Assembly (NCBI GenBank): GCA_005880805.1
Contig: VBFZ01000026.1
Span: 481 to 64,480, forward strand
Source of the DNA: Chloroflexota bacterium
Lineage (GTDB): Bacteria > Chloroflexota > Limnocylindria > Limnocylindrales > CSP1-4
DNA: 64,000 bases
Direction of reading: 5' to 3'
Under the pieces are notes generated by a model, which worked only from the letters and a program-made list of their open reading frames with translations, was not told where the DNA came from and searched no databases. Of this stretch, positions 1 through 8,445 are shown one piece after another. Position 1 is the stretch's first letter, and each line of letters opens with the position of its first letter. A program made the translations under genes and the position numbers.

Positions 1-2
1 TC

Positions 3-1133
3 CGCCGTCTCCGCGACAAGGGCAACACGGTCCTCGTCGTCGAGCACGACCCGGAGGTGATCCGGATCGCGGACCACGTCGTTGACATGGGCCCGGGCGC
101 CGGCCCCCACGGCGGGACCGTCGTGTTCGAGGGCACGGTTGACGGCCTCGCCGCGTCCGGAACCACCACGGGCCGTCATCTCGAGACCCGCCAGGAGCTG
201 AAGGTGGCGCCGCGGGTGGCGCGCGGCTCGATCCCCATCCGGCACGCCCGGCTCCACAACCTCAAGGACGTCTCGGTCGACGTGCCGCTCGGGCTGCTCG
301 TCGCGGTGACCGGGGTCGCCGGCTCCGGCAAGAGCTCGCTGATCCATGGCTGCCTGCCCCGGACCGACCCGTCGGTGACGGTCGTCGACCAGTCCGCGAT
401 CCGCGGCTCGCGGCGGTCGAACCCGGCGACGTACACCGGCATCCTCGACCCGATCCGGACGGCGTTCGCGAAGGCGAATGGTGTCAAGCCGGCGCTCTTC
501 AGCGCGAACTCCGAGGGCGCGTGCCAGAACTGCAACGGCCTGGGCAAGACCTACACCAGCCTCGGGTTCATGTCCGAGGTCGTCAGCGTCTGTGAGGTCT
601 GCGAAGGCCGGCGCTTCACCGACGACGTCCTCGAGTACCGACTCCGGGGCCGGAACATCGTTGAGGCCCTCGCGCTGCCGGTCGAGGAGGCGCGCGACTT
701 CTTCGGCGAGCGGCCCGTCAAGGTCATGCTGGACCGCCTGGCCGACGTCGGGCTAGGCTACCTCTCCCTCGGCCAGGAGCTCGACACGCTTTCAGGCGGC
801 GAGCGCCAGCGGCTCAAGCTGGCGATCGAGATGTCCGGCGACACGGAGGTCTATGTCCTCGACGAGCCGACGACCGGGCTCCACCTGCAGGACGTCGACA
901 ACCTCGTCGGCCTGCTCGACCGGCTCGTCGAGAGCGGACGGACGGTCATCGTCATCGAGCACAACCTCGATGTCGTTGCCCGGGCGGACTGGGTGATCGA
1001 CCTGGGGCCCGGCGGGGGGCACGACGGCGGGCGGGTGATCTTCGAGGGGCCGCCGGCGGAGCTGGCCCGGACCGAAGGCTCGCTGACCGGCCAACATCTC
1101 CGGCGGCGGCTGGAGCCCCTCGCGGTCGGCTGA
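3..1133 (+). CDS. UvrA-like excinuclease ABC subunit A paralog, C-terminal part (5' partial, reading frame 3 from window edge)
   Basis: Translation runs from base 3 ([16 protein letters not shown]...) and contains the ABC signature [12 protein letters not shown], Walker [11 protein letters not shown], and a UvrA-like C terminus IEHNLDVV...DLGPGGG; stop TGA at 1131-1133. Confidence 0.8.
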   Translation, partial: RRLRDKGNTVLVVEHDPEVIRIADHVVDMGPGAGPHGGTVVFEGTVDGLAASGTTTGRHLETRQELKVAPRVARGSIPIRHARLHNLKDVSVDVPLGLLVAVTGVAGSGKSSLIHGCLPRTDPSVTVVDQSAIRGSRRSNPATYTGILDPIRTAFAKANGVKPALFSANSEGACQNCNGLGKTYTSLGFMSEVVSVCEVCEGRRFTDDVLEYRLRGRNIVEALALPVEEARDFFGERPVKVMLDRLADVGLGYLSLGQELDTLSGGERQRLKLAIEMSGDTEVYVLDEPTTGLHLQDVDNLVGLLDRLVESGRTVIVIEHNLDVVARADWVIDLGPGGGHDGGRVIFEGPPAELARTEGSLTGQHLRRRLEPLAVG

Positions 1134-1167
1134 TCCGACGGGCAGGCCGCCGTCAGCGCCGGCCAGT

Positions 1168-1200
1168 GCCTCGAGCCTTTGTCTCCCGGGAGCTCGAGGC
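1168..1200. terminator. Hairpin between convergent genes (9-bp stem gcctcgagc/gctcgaggc, 15-nt loop containing the palindrome TCCCGGGA); possible bidirectional terminator
   Basis: Inverted repeat read directly between the UvrA-like stop (1133) and the sigma-factor stop (1236); no U-tract. Confidence 0.3.
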
Positions 1201-1235
1201 GAGTGACCTGGCCGACGGGGCCGCCGGGCCTTCGA

Positions 1236-2489
1236 TCAAGGAGACCGAGCTCCCCAGCGGCCCCCAAGCCTCAAGAACTCGCGCTCGGCCTCGGTTTGCG
1301 CGGTCTCGGCCGCCCGCTGGAATTCGATGCCAGCCTCCGCCCTTCGGCCCACCCGCCAGAGGAGGTCGGCTCGGGTTGCGTGGAACGGGTGGTAACCGTC
1401 GAGTTCGAGGTCCTCGACAAGCGCGAGGGCCGCGGCTGGACCGGCCACCTCCCCGACCGCGACGGCGCGGTTGAGTGCAACGACGGGCGTCGGGGTCATC
1501 GCGAGCAACTGGTCGTAGAGGGCGACGATCTGCGCCCAATCGGTCTCCTGGAAGGTCGACGCGTCGGCATGCACCGCGTTGATCGCAGCCTGGATCTGGT
1601 ACGGGCCGGGCCGGTTGCGTCGGAGGCAGGCGCGCACGATCGCGTGGCCCTCCGCGATGAGGCCGCGGTCCCAGCGCGACCGATCCTGGTCCGCCAGGAG
1701 CACGAGCGAACCGTCGGGCGCGGTCCGTGCTGCCCGCCGTGCCTCGATCAGGAGCAGCAGGGCCAAAAGGCCTGCGACCTCGCCTTCGTCTGGCATGAGC
1801 TCGGCGAGGACCGTGGCGAGACGAATCGCCTCTCCGCACAAGGCGGACTGAGCACGTCCGTTCAGCCCGGCGTTGTAGATGAGGTAGACGACGGCGAGGA
1901 CGGGCGGGAGCCTCGCCGGGAGCTCGTGATCTTCGGGAATGCGGTACGGCACCCGTGCGGCCCTGATCTTGTGCTTCGCTCTGACGAGGCGCTTTTCCAT
2001 CGTCGGCTCAGGGACCAGGAAGGCTGAGGCGACCTCGCTGGTCGAGAGTCCGCCGAGCAGCCGCAGTGTCAGCGCGACCTGGGCCTCCACCGCGAGCGCG
2101 GGGTGGCAGCAGGTGAAAATGAGCCGCAGCCGGTCGTCCTGCACGGGCCCAACCTCCTCGGGCGCGTCGCGATCGAAGGGCTCCGGGCCCATCACGGACG
2201 CCTGGCCGAGCAGCTCCCGCTCTCGTGCCGCGCGGCGCAGACGATCGATGGCGCGATTCCGTGCAGTGGTCGTGACCCAGCCGCCTGGGTTTGGCGGCAG
2301 GCCGTCGACCGGCCAGCGCTCAAGGGCGATCGCGAACGCGTCCTGGACAGCATCCTCGGCGACGTCGATGTCGCCGAAGCGCCGGATGAGAGTGGCGATG
2401 GATCGACCGGACTCCTCGCGGAAGATCCGGCCGACCTCAGAGGAGTCGATCGGGCTCGGCGCCCCGTTCGCCCGAGCCTCGTCAGCCAC
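1236..2489 (-). CDS. ECF-type RNA polymerase sigma factor with long C-terminal extension (DGPF/YciI-partnered, SigJ-like)
   Basis: Sigma-70 region 2 (RIFREESGRSIATLIRRFGDIDVAEDAVQDAF) and region 4 (LSTSEVASAFLVPEPTMEKRLVRAK), plus a C-terminal alpha-helical extension. Proposed GTG start at 2489 overlaps the upstream gene stop (GTGGCTGA); the ORF is open up to 2579, so the start is uncertain. Confidence 0.7.
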   Translation of the reverse strand: MADEARANGAPSPIDSSEVGRIFREESGRSIATLIRRFGDIDVAEDAVQDAFAIALERWPVDGLPPNPGGWVTTTARNRAIDRLRRAARERELLGQASVMGPEPFDRDAPEEVGPVQDDRLRLIFTCCHPALAVEAQVALTLRLLGGLSTSEVASAFLVPEPTMEKRLVRAKHKIRAARVPYRIPEDHELPARLPPVLAVVYLIYNAGLNGRAQSALCGEAIRLATVLAELMPDEGEVAGLLALLLLIEARRAARTAPDGSLVLLADQDRSRWDRGLIAEGHAIVRACLRRNRPGPYQIQAAINAVHADASTFQETDWAQIVALYDQLLAMTPTPVVALNRAVAVGEVAGPAAALALVEDLELDGYHPFHATRADLLWRVGRRAEAGIEFQRAAETAQTEAEREFLRLGGRWGARSP

Positions 2490-2853
2490 CAGGCTCCCAG
2501 GCGACTCCCGCGAAGGGCCGGACTTCGATCGGATTGCCGATAGCTTCGGAGACCCTCGCGGCCCAGGCGAGCGCCGCATCCAGATCTGCGGCCTCGATGA
2601 CGTAGAAGCCTCCGAGGTGGTCCTTCGACTCGGCGAACGGCCCGTCGGTCGTGAGGACGTCGCCGTTCGACACCCGGACGACGGTTGCCGTGTCCGGATC
2701 GTGGAGCCGGGCGGAGAAGACCCACGCGCCGGCTGACTTCAGGTCCGCCTCGACCCGCTGGATCCGCTGCCACGAAGCCTTCATCTCCTCATCGGTAAGA
2801 GCCGGGGCGGTGTCCTCCTGGCGCGTATGGGCGGCGAGCATGTAATGAGGCAT
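2482..2853 (-). CDS. YciI-like / DGPF-domain protein (partner of ECF sigma factor)
   Basis: 123-aa product MPHYMLAAH... contains the DGPF motif (TTDGPFAESKDHLGGFYVIEAADLDAA). ATG at 2853 has an upstream GGAG; the N-terminal 109 aa of the listed ORF is an Arg-rich extension and was rejected. Confidence 0.75.
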   Translation of the reverse strand: MPHYMLAAHTRQEDTAPALTDEEMKASWQRIQRVEADLKSAGAWVFSARLHDPDTATVVRVSNGDVLTTDGPFAESKDHLGGFYVIEAADLDAALAWAARVSEAIGNPIEVRPFAGVAWEPGG

Positions 2854-3030
2854 TCCAGAATTCTCCTGTGTGGCGGCGGGTCTGTCCCGCCGGTCACACT
2901 CGCTACGAATCCGCGGCGCCGAAATGGACAGCCGGCGTCGATAGCGCTCTCGCGCCCTCATCCCTTCTTGATGATGCCGCGGTGATTTCGCGCCGCAAGA
3001 ATGGCCGCGAACCGCAGAGGAGTGAACGCC

Positions 3031-3156
3031 ATGGACTCGCTCGTCGACGCGCTCCGCCTCACGTCGATCGGGGCGTTGATCGTCGCCATCGGCTGGATGG
3101 CAACCATCCGCTTCCCGCGGCTGGTGGCCCGATTCGTCGCGATCAGGAACGAGTAG
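3031..3156 (+). CDS. Small hydrophobic protein, 41 aa (MDSLVDALRLTSIGALIVAIGWMATIRFPRLVARFVAIRNE); single predicted TM helix
   Basis: ATG preceded by GAGGAGTGAACGCC; not in the ORF track (below size cut-off); divergent from the YciI-sigma operon. Confidence 0.35.
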   Translation: MDSLVDALRLTSIGALIVAIGWMATIRFPRLVARFVAIRNE

Positions 3157-3182
3157 CAGGTCCATCGCGCGGGGGGACAACA

Positions 3183-4610
3183 GTGCGCGCGAGGCCGATC
3201 CTTGCGCTGATCGCCGTCGTGGCCCTGGTGTCGGCCTGTGTGGGCGGGGACGGCTCCGGGGGCGAGCTCGCGGGTACGGATTGGGTCCTTCGGTCGTACG
3301 AGAAGGACGGCGCGCTCACCCTGGTCCCCGACACGCTGTACGCGGACGCCGAGTTCGACAACTACCGGCTGCACGGGTTCGCGGGCTGCAACGAGTTCGA
3401 CGCGCTCTACCGCGCCGGAGGCCGGCGGCTCAACATCGCTCAGCCGGCGGCGACGCAGACGGCCTGCTCCGAAGAGGCCACGAACCTCGAGCAGGCGTAC
3501 CTCGCGCTGCTCAACGGCAGCCGCTTCTACTCGGCTCGTCTCGCGACTCTCACCGTCTTCGGCGAGGGCTCGACGACCCTGGTCTTCGACGCGGCACCGC
3601 GGAACCCCGTCCGCGGCACGTGGCAAGTGGAGTCGTTTGCCTCGGCACCCGGCAAGGTAGCGGCACCCCGCGAAGGCTCTGATCTCGACGTCGTGTTCGG
3701 GATCGCGAGTGTCGGTGGCTTTGGCGGCTGCAATTCGTTCAGCGGCACGTACGGAACTAACGGCAACATCATTCGCATCGGGCGCCTGGCCACGACTTCC
3801 AATACGTGCCCCGGCGAGGTGGCGAAGCAGGAGACGAGCTTCCTGGAAGCGCTGCAGGGCGCCGCCTTCGTCGATACACGGGCGAGCGGGGTAAACCTGA
3901 CCGACCGGTCCGGATCGATGACCGTCGCCCTCGTTCCGCCACCGACCGAGCCGTCGCCATCGTCGAGCCCCGCGCCATCGGCCAGCCGGACAACCGAACC
4001 CTCCCCGTCGTCCACTGTTAAGGCCACGCCGACGGAGACCGCGACAAACGCGCCGACCGCCAAGCCCACTGCGAAGCCGACCGCCCAGCCCACAGCCGGA
4101 CAGTCCCCCGCGCCCTCCGCTCCGCTCGTGTCGACCGCGGACTGCGAGCTCAAGACCGCCGATGGCGCCTCGGTCGCGACGATTGTCTACCCCGGATCCT
4201 GGTCGACGGTCGCCGCACCGCCGGAGCTCGCCTGCCGCTACTTCGACCCGGCGCCCATCACCGTCCCATCGGACCCCAGCACGCTGGAGACCGCGGTCCG
4301 CGCCTCGAGCGAGGAAACGGCATTCGCCGATGCGCTGGCGGCGGCGACCGACCCCGCTTCGTGGACCGTCAGTGACCAGGCCGACCTCACGGTCGACAAC
4401 CTCCAGGCCGCGCGGGTGGAGGCGACCAGCACCTCGGACAAGTCCGGTCTCCCTCCCGGCACGAGGCGCCTCGCGTACCTCGTCGATGTCGGCCTGGCCG
4501 GGACGGTGACCCTCTGGACGGCCGGTTCCGCGAGCGACGACGCCTACGCTGCCAACAAGGGCGTCGTCACCCTCATGGTTCCGCTTTCGACCTTCCGTGC
4601 CCCGGCGTGA
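3183..4610 (+). CDS. Lipoprotein with two META (HslJ-like/DUF306) domains, a Pro/Thr/Ser/Ala-rich linker and a C-terminal domain
   Basis: GTG at 3183 gives the signal peptide + lipobox VRARPILALIAVVALVSAC. Two repeats of the GxAGCNxF(x)GxY META pattern (GFAGCNEFDALY; GFGGCNSFSGTY), followed by a PT-rich tract TAKPTAKPTAQPTAG. The listed ORF start at 2868 was rejected. Confidence 0.65.
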   Translation: MRARPILALIAVVALVSACVGGDGSGGELAGTDWVLRSYEKDGALTLVPDTLYADAEFDNYRLHGFAGCNEFDALYRAGGRRLNIAQPAATQTACSEEATNLEQAYLALLNGSRFYSARLATLTVFGEGSTTLVFDAAPRNPVRGTWQVESFASAPGKVAAPREGSDLDVVFGIASVGGFGGCNSFSGTYGTNGNIIRIGRLATTSNTCPGEVAKQETSFLEALQGAAFVDTRASGVNLTDRSGSMTVALVPPPTEPSPSSSPAPSASRTTEPSPSSTVKATPTETATNAPTAKPTAKPTAQPTAGQSPAPSAPLVSTADCELKTADGASVATIVYPGSWSTVAAPPELACRYFDPAPITVPSDPSTLETAVRASSEETAFADALAAATDPASWTVSDQADLTVDNLQAARVEATSTSDKSGLPPGTRRLAYLVDVGLAGTVTLWTAGSASDDAYAANKGVVTLMVPLSTFRAPA

Positions 4611-4775
4611 TTTGCGGACGAGCCCGATACACGGCTAGCTGATCGTCCGAAGCTCCGGCTTCATCGCAGCCCAGCGTGGCGCGAGCGGTGCCCGATCTCC
4701 CTGGCGTTACTCAAGACGAACGAGATCGACCTCGCCGCCGCGAAGGCCGAAGTGGTCTGATCGAGCCACGCTCGA

Positions 4776-4994
4776 TCATCGACTCGAGCCGCTGACCTCC
4801 TCACTGAGCTCGCGCTCGGCGGTTCCCTTCTCCTTCAACTCGGCGGTCAGCCGTTCGGCCTGCTCCGACAGGCGCGCGACCTGAGGATCCGCCGGATCAA
4901 GGCGGGCCTTTTCGTCTTCGAGCGATCTCAGCCGTTCGGCATCGGTGCCAATGGACTGCTCGGTTGCTCGAAGATCGTCTCGGGGGTCGGTCAT
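4776..4994 (-). CDS. Small acidic coiled-coil protein, 72 aa (hypothetical)
   Basis: ATG at 4994 with GGGAGACC upstream; product MTDPRDDLRATEQSIGTDAERLRSLEDEKARL...; a hairpin overlaps the stop. Confidence 0.45.
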   Translation of the reverse strand: MTDPRDDLRATEQSIGTDAERLRSLEDEKARLDPADPQVARLSEQAERLTAELKEKGTAERELSEEVSGSSR

Positions 4995-5313
4995 GCGGAT
5001 GGTCTCCCATGCCCTGCGCTCCACTCTCGGGAGGCACCCAACGTCCTTCCCGGTAGAGATACCAGATCAGGTTCGCCTCGCCGGTGAGCTCGCGTGCGTG
5101 CACCGCTGCCGTCGGGTACAGGGTGTGAAGGCGATGCTCCAGCTCTTCCATCGACGAAACGCCATGATCGACGAGGATCCGGGCGTACTGGGCAAAGAGC
5201 GGGTCATCGGCCGGGTTCACAACCAGGGTCGGATTGGGGTGCACGATCGGCCTCTTGGCCCAGTCTTCGTTCCCCGACGGCCCATGACGATCACGGACGC
5301 GTCGCAAATGCAT
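4897..5313 (-). CDS. Hypothetical protein (138-aa ORF; the C-terminal ~40 aa are low-complexity and overlap the next gene)
   Basis: The N-terminal ~100 aa look protein-like (DWAKRPIVHPNPTLVVNPADDPLFAQYARILVDHGVSSMEELEHRLHTLYPTAAVHARELTGEANLIWYLYREGRW). There is a 98-bp out-of-frame overlap with 4776..4994. Confidence 0.35.
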   Translation of the reverse strand: MHLRRVRDRHGPSGNEDWAKRPIVHPNPTLVVNPADDPLFAQYARILVDHGVSSMEELEHRLHTLYPTAAVHARELTGEANLIWYLYREGRWVPPESGAQGMGDHPHDRPPRRSSSNRAVHWHRCRTAEIARRRKGPP

Positions 5314-5340
5314 GCCAAAGGTCTTTCAAGACCTCGAGCG

Positions 5341-6705
5341 CTAGGGGCGAATGTTCTGGTTCAGCCGGAAGACGTTGTCCGGGTCCCACGTTCGCTTGAG
5401 GGCGCGAAGTCGTTCGTACTTCGCGTCGCCGTAGATCGCCCGGGCGACGTCCTCACCGGCGTCGCCCAGCGAGTTGGCATAGACGCCCGTCGTGCGATAC
5501 GGCTCGATGCCTTTCATCGCCGTGCGGGCCCAGCTCACGAAGTCCGCGTCGAGCGCTGGATCGTCCCACGTGCAGTCGACGCCGACCTCGAACGCCGCGC
5601 TTCGTCCTGTGTAAGCCGTGGCGTCCTCGGGCACGCTCGCGATCGCACCGCCGAGTGCGCCGATGAACGCGCTGCCGCCGGTCGGCATGGCGGACGCCTC
5701 GTCCACGAGGGCCCCGATCAGGCTTTCCGGCGCCGAGTCGACGTACACGCTCTTGGCATACACCCGGTGGCCCCACGCCATTTGCTGCGGCTGGACCCTG
5801 GCGACCACGGGCTTGCCGTAGGCAGTCAGCGGGGCGAGGTCTCGGTCCGCGTCCTCCGGCCGGCCGCAGTAGGTAACCGAGATCGCCGCCACCAGCTGGC
5901 CGGCGACCTCCGGCGGAAAGTCTTCGGCCGGGAGCGCGTGAAAGGTCGTGACGAGGCCGGAAATCTCCCACGGCGCGGTGGCTGCGAAGTCGCGGAAGAA
6001 CGCGAACAGCTCGGGCGCGGCGGAGAACGGATGGATCAGGAGCACCCGCGTAAGGTTCGGACCGACGGGATGCAAGTCGAATTCGAATCCGGTCGCGATC
6101 CCGAAGTTCCAGCCCGCACCGCGAAGGCCCCAGAACAGATCGGCGTTTTCCTCCGCGCTGGCTCGGACCTGGCGGCCATCAGCCGTCACGAGCTCGACCG
6201 CACGCAGGTTGTCGATGGTCAGGCCGAGCTTCCGCTGCAGCCGGCCAACGCCACCGCCCAGGGTCAGGCCCGCGACGCCCGTGTGGCTGACGACCCCCAC
6301 CGGGCAGGCAAGCCCGTAGGCCTGTGCCGCGTCGTCCAGCTCGCCGAGCAGCGCCCCGCCGTTCACCCGCGCCGTGCGCCGCTCAGGATCCACGGTGGCG
6401 CCGGTCAGACGCGAGACGTCGATGACGATGCCATCGTCACAGGTCGAGAGCCCCGGCAGGCTGTGTCCGCCACTTCGGACTGCGATCGGCAAGTCCTTCT
6501 CCCGGCCGAAGCGCACCGCGGACGCGATGTCCGCCACATCGATCGCGCGGGCGATGAGCGCCGGCCGCCGGTCGATCATCCCGTTCCACACGCGCCGGGC
6601 ATCGTCGTACCCATCGTCGGTGGGCAGGACGATCGGTCCCCGGAACGCATCACGGAACGACGCGAGCGCGGAGCCGTTGAGCGCGGGCGCGAGCTCTCCA
6701 ACCAT
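5341..6705 (-). CDS. FAD-linked oxidase, berberine-bridge-enzyme-like (PCMH/VAO fold) with C-terminal BBE-type domain
   Basis: FAD-binding PCMH motifs (AVRSGGHS, GVAGLTLGGGVG) and a C-terminal ...YERLRALKRTWDPDNVFRLNQNI; ATG 6705 with GAGGA upstream. Confidence 0.85.
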   Translation of the reverse strand: MVGELAPALNGSALASFRDAFRGPIVLPTDDGYDDARRVWNGMIDRRPALIARAIDVADIASAVRFGREKDLPIAVRSGGHSLPGLSTCDDGIVIDVSRLTGATVDPERRTARVNGGALLGELDDAAQAYGLACPVGVVSHTGVAGLTLGGGVGRLQRKLGLTIDNLRAVELVTADGRQVRASAEENADLFWGLRGAGWNFGIATGFEFDLHPVGPNLTRVLLIHPFSAAPELFAFFRDFAATAPWEISGLVTTFHALPAEDFPPEVAGQLVAAISVTYCGRPEDADRDLAPLTAYGKPVVARVQPQQMAWGHRVYAKSVYVDSAPESLIGALVDEASAMPTGGSAFIGALGGAIASVPEDATAYTGRSAAFEVGVDCTWDDPALDADFVSWARTAMKGIEPYRTTGVYANSLGDAGEDVARAIYGDAKYERLRALKRTWDPDNVFRLNQNIRP

Positions 6706-6846
6706 TGCCGTCCTCGCTGGCGACTCGGTGGCGGACGTGGGCCGTGCGGGCTACCGTTTTCCCTGACGCCGCGGGCGCGGGGAGCGTCGGTCGAAGGTAT
6801 CACCCATTCGCCAGGACGACGAGGGCTCGTTCTTCCCGTCGCTCGA

Positions 6847-6862
6847 GAGGCCGATCGGCCTC
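6847..6862. terminator. Perfect 16-bp palindrome GAGGCCGATCGGCCTC downstream of the GHKL-HExxH gene
   Basis: Read directly; lies 39 bp past the stop of 6901..8295 on the minus strand. Confidence 0.35.
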
Positions 6863-6900
6863 CGGCTGATCGAGTCCCGCAGGTTCGCGTCGGGCGCCGT

Positions 6901-8295
6901 CTATCTCGGCTTCGCCGCCGACTCCAGCTCCGGTTTGGGCTGACCCTCCCGCCCCACGGCGGTCGTCGCGACCGTCCCGACCTCGGAGGTCAGGGCGTCC
7001 TCGAACCCCGCGCTGACGTCCGGCGTCCCGCTGACGGCATGGGCGACCTCGTGGAGGAGCGTACCCGCGTACGCCTCGAGCGAAGCCAACTGGTCGCGCT
7101 TGATGACGATTCGGCCTTCCTTGGGTTCCCACACGCCGGCAGCCTCTGCATAACCGCTCGCGCCGAGGCGCATCGTCGTCGAGACGAGGATCTCGCGGAG
7201 CCTGGACGGCCGGCCGCCGCCGCGCAGGGCCAGGATCTCGTCCGTCCGGTCGAAGATCGCGCGTTCCTCGGGCGACAGGTCGGCCGGGTCGACGAACGAG
7301 AACTGGAAGCTCTCGTTCCACTGCGACTTGAAGCGATCGAGGTCGATGATCGGCGCACCGGTGATGTCGAGCGCCCCGGCGAGCTTGCGCCGGATGTTCT
7401 GCGGTACGACCACAACCCGATATCCGTCGTTGCGCGCCCGGTCGACGAAGTCGCGTGCGGCGTTGAGCTCCTGGGGCGTGAGGAAGATGACCCTGCCACT
7501 CGCGTTGAGGACCTGGCAGGCATGCACTCCAACGTCGACCAGCTGCACCTCGTCGTGCCAGCGTCCGGTCTCGAACTTCGAGAGATCCTCGGCCAGAGCG
7601 CTGGCCACCCCCTCCGAGGTCGCCGCCAGCACGATCGCCTTGACCCGGTCCGTGTAGGCGGTCCGGCCGACGTTCGATCGCTCGCGGTTGAGCGCCGCCC
7701 GCAGAGCCTTGGTGGGAGAGGTGATGTCGTAGCTGAAGAGGTAGTTGCGCTCCTCGGCGACGCGCAGGCCGTTGACGTAGATGCGGGCCGCCCATCTCGG
7801 CCGGGCGAGGACGACGCCGTAGGGGGTCTCCTCGAGGACCTCGTCGCCGGCGTAGTGGCGGAAGAGCGCCTTGGCCGCCCGGACGTCCTCGTCGGCGACG
7901 CCGGTCAGCTCGACGTCGATGTCGGTGAAGCCGTGCTTGGCCTGCTTCTCTGTGGTGATGTCGCCGAACCGGGATCGGATGCGGACACCGACCCCCCGGC
8001 GGTCGAATGTCGCCAGGGCATCCTTCAGCCCGACGCCGAACTTGCCGACGACCTTCTCCGGGTTGGCCAGCTTCTCGCGGTTCTCGTTCTGCGTGAGGTG
8101 CTCGTAGCGGAGCCCGCGTCCGAAGTCGCGAACGTGCCAGCGACCCCCGGCGTCCTTCGCGATTTCGGGATCCGCGCTGCCGGTCAACGCCGCCTCGTCG
8201 AGCGCGTTCGCGATCACCTCGCGGATCGCATGCGCGACCGTCCAGTTCTCCAGGACGCGCTCGATGTTGAGGTCGAACTCCCGGCGCGACGTCAC
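6901..8295 (-). CDS. GHKL-superfamily ATPase (MutL/MORC/Hsp90-type Bergerat fold) fused to a C-terminal HExxH zincin-like (SprT/Wss1-like or ImmA-like) domain
   Basis: N-box EVIANALDEA, G1 box VRDFGRGL and G2 box GKFGVGLKDA in the first ~130 aa. C terminus has ...MRLGASGYAE...GRIVIKRDQLASLEAYAGTLLHEVAHAVSG...FEDAL (HExxH plus a downstream E). GTG start at 8295; the gene stands alone with its own upstream repeat region. Confidence 0.7.
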   Translation of the reverse strand: MTSRREFDLNIERVLENWTVAHAIREVIANALDEAALTGSADPEIAKDAGGRWHVRDFGRGLRYEHLTQNENREKLANPEKVVGKFGVGLKDALATFDRRGVGVRIRSRFGDITTEKQAKHGFTDIDVELTGVADEDVRAAKALFRHYAGDEVLEETPYGVVLARPRWAARIYVNGLRVAEERNYLFSYDITSPTKALRAALNRERSNVGRTAYTDRVKAIVLAATSEGVASALAEDLSKFETGRWHDEVQLVDVGVHACQVLNASGRVIFLTPQELNAARDFVDRARNDGYRVVVVPQNIRRKLAGALDITGAPIIDLDRFKSQWNESFQFSFVDPADLSPEERAIFDRTDEILALRGGGRPSRLREILVSTTMRLGASGYAEAAGVWEPKEGRIVIKRDQLASLEAYAGTLLHEVAHAVSGTPDVSAGFEDALTSEVGTVATTAVGREGQPKPELESAAKPR

Positions 8296-8388
8296 GTCCG
8301 GAGGCTACGCCACAGGCTGGACCGGGATCGAGCCGGGGCCCAATCGGCGAGCTCAAGAGTGGGTCTACCAGTCAGCTCGATACGAGCC

Positions 8389-8433
8389 GGGTTGGTCGCG
8401 CGCGGGCGTTGGTCGCGCGGGCGTTGGTCGCGC
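8389..8433. repeat. Three tandem 15-bp direct repeats (GGGTTGGTCGCGCGC / GGGCGTTGGTCGCGC x2)
   Basis: Read directly; located between the stop of the XRE-cupin regulator (8446) and the start of the GHKL-HExxH gene (8295). Confidence 0.6.
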
Positions 8434-8445
8434 GGGGCTGCCTCG

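Noticed and set aside
2868-3182. N-terminal 105-aa extension of the META lipoprotein ORF
   Set aside because: Arg-rich, with no signal peptide. A GTG at 3183 yields a canonical signal peptide + lipobox and leaves room for the divergent promoter and the 41-aa ORF.
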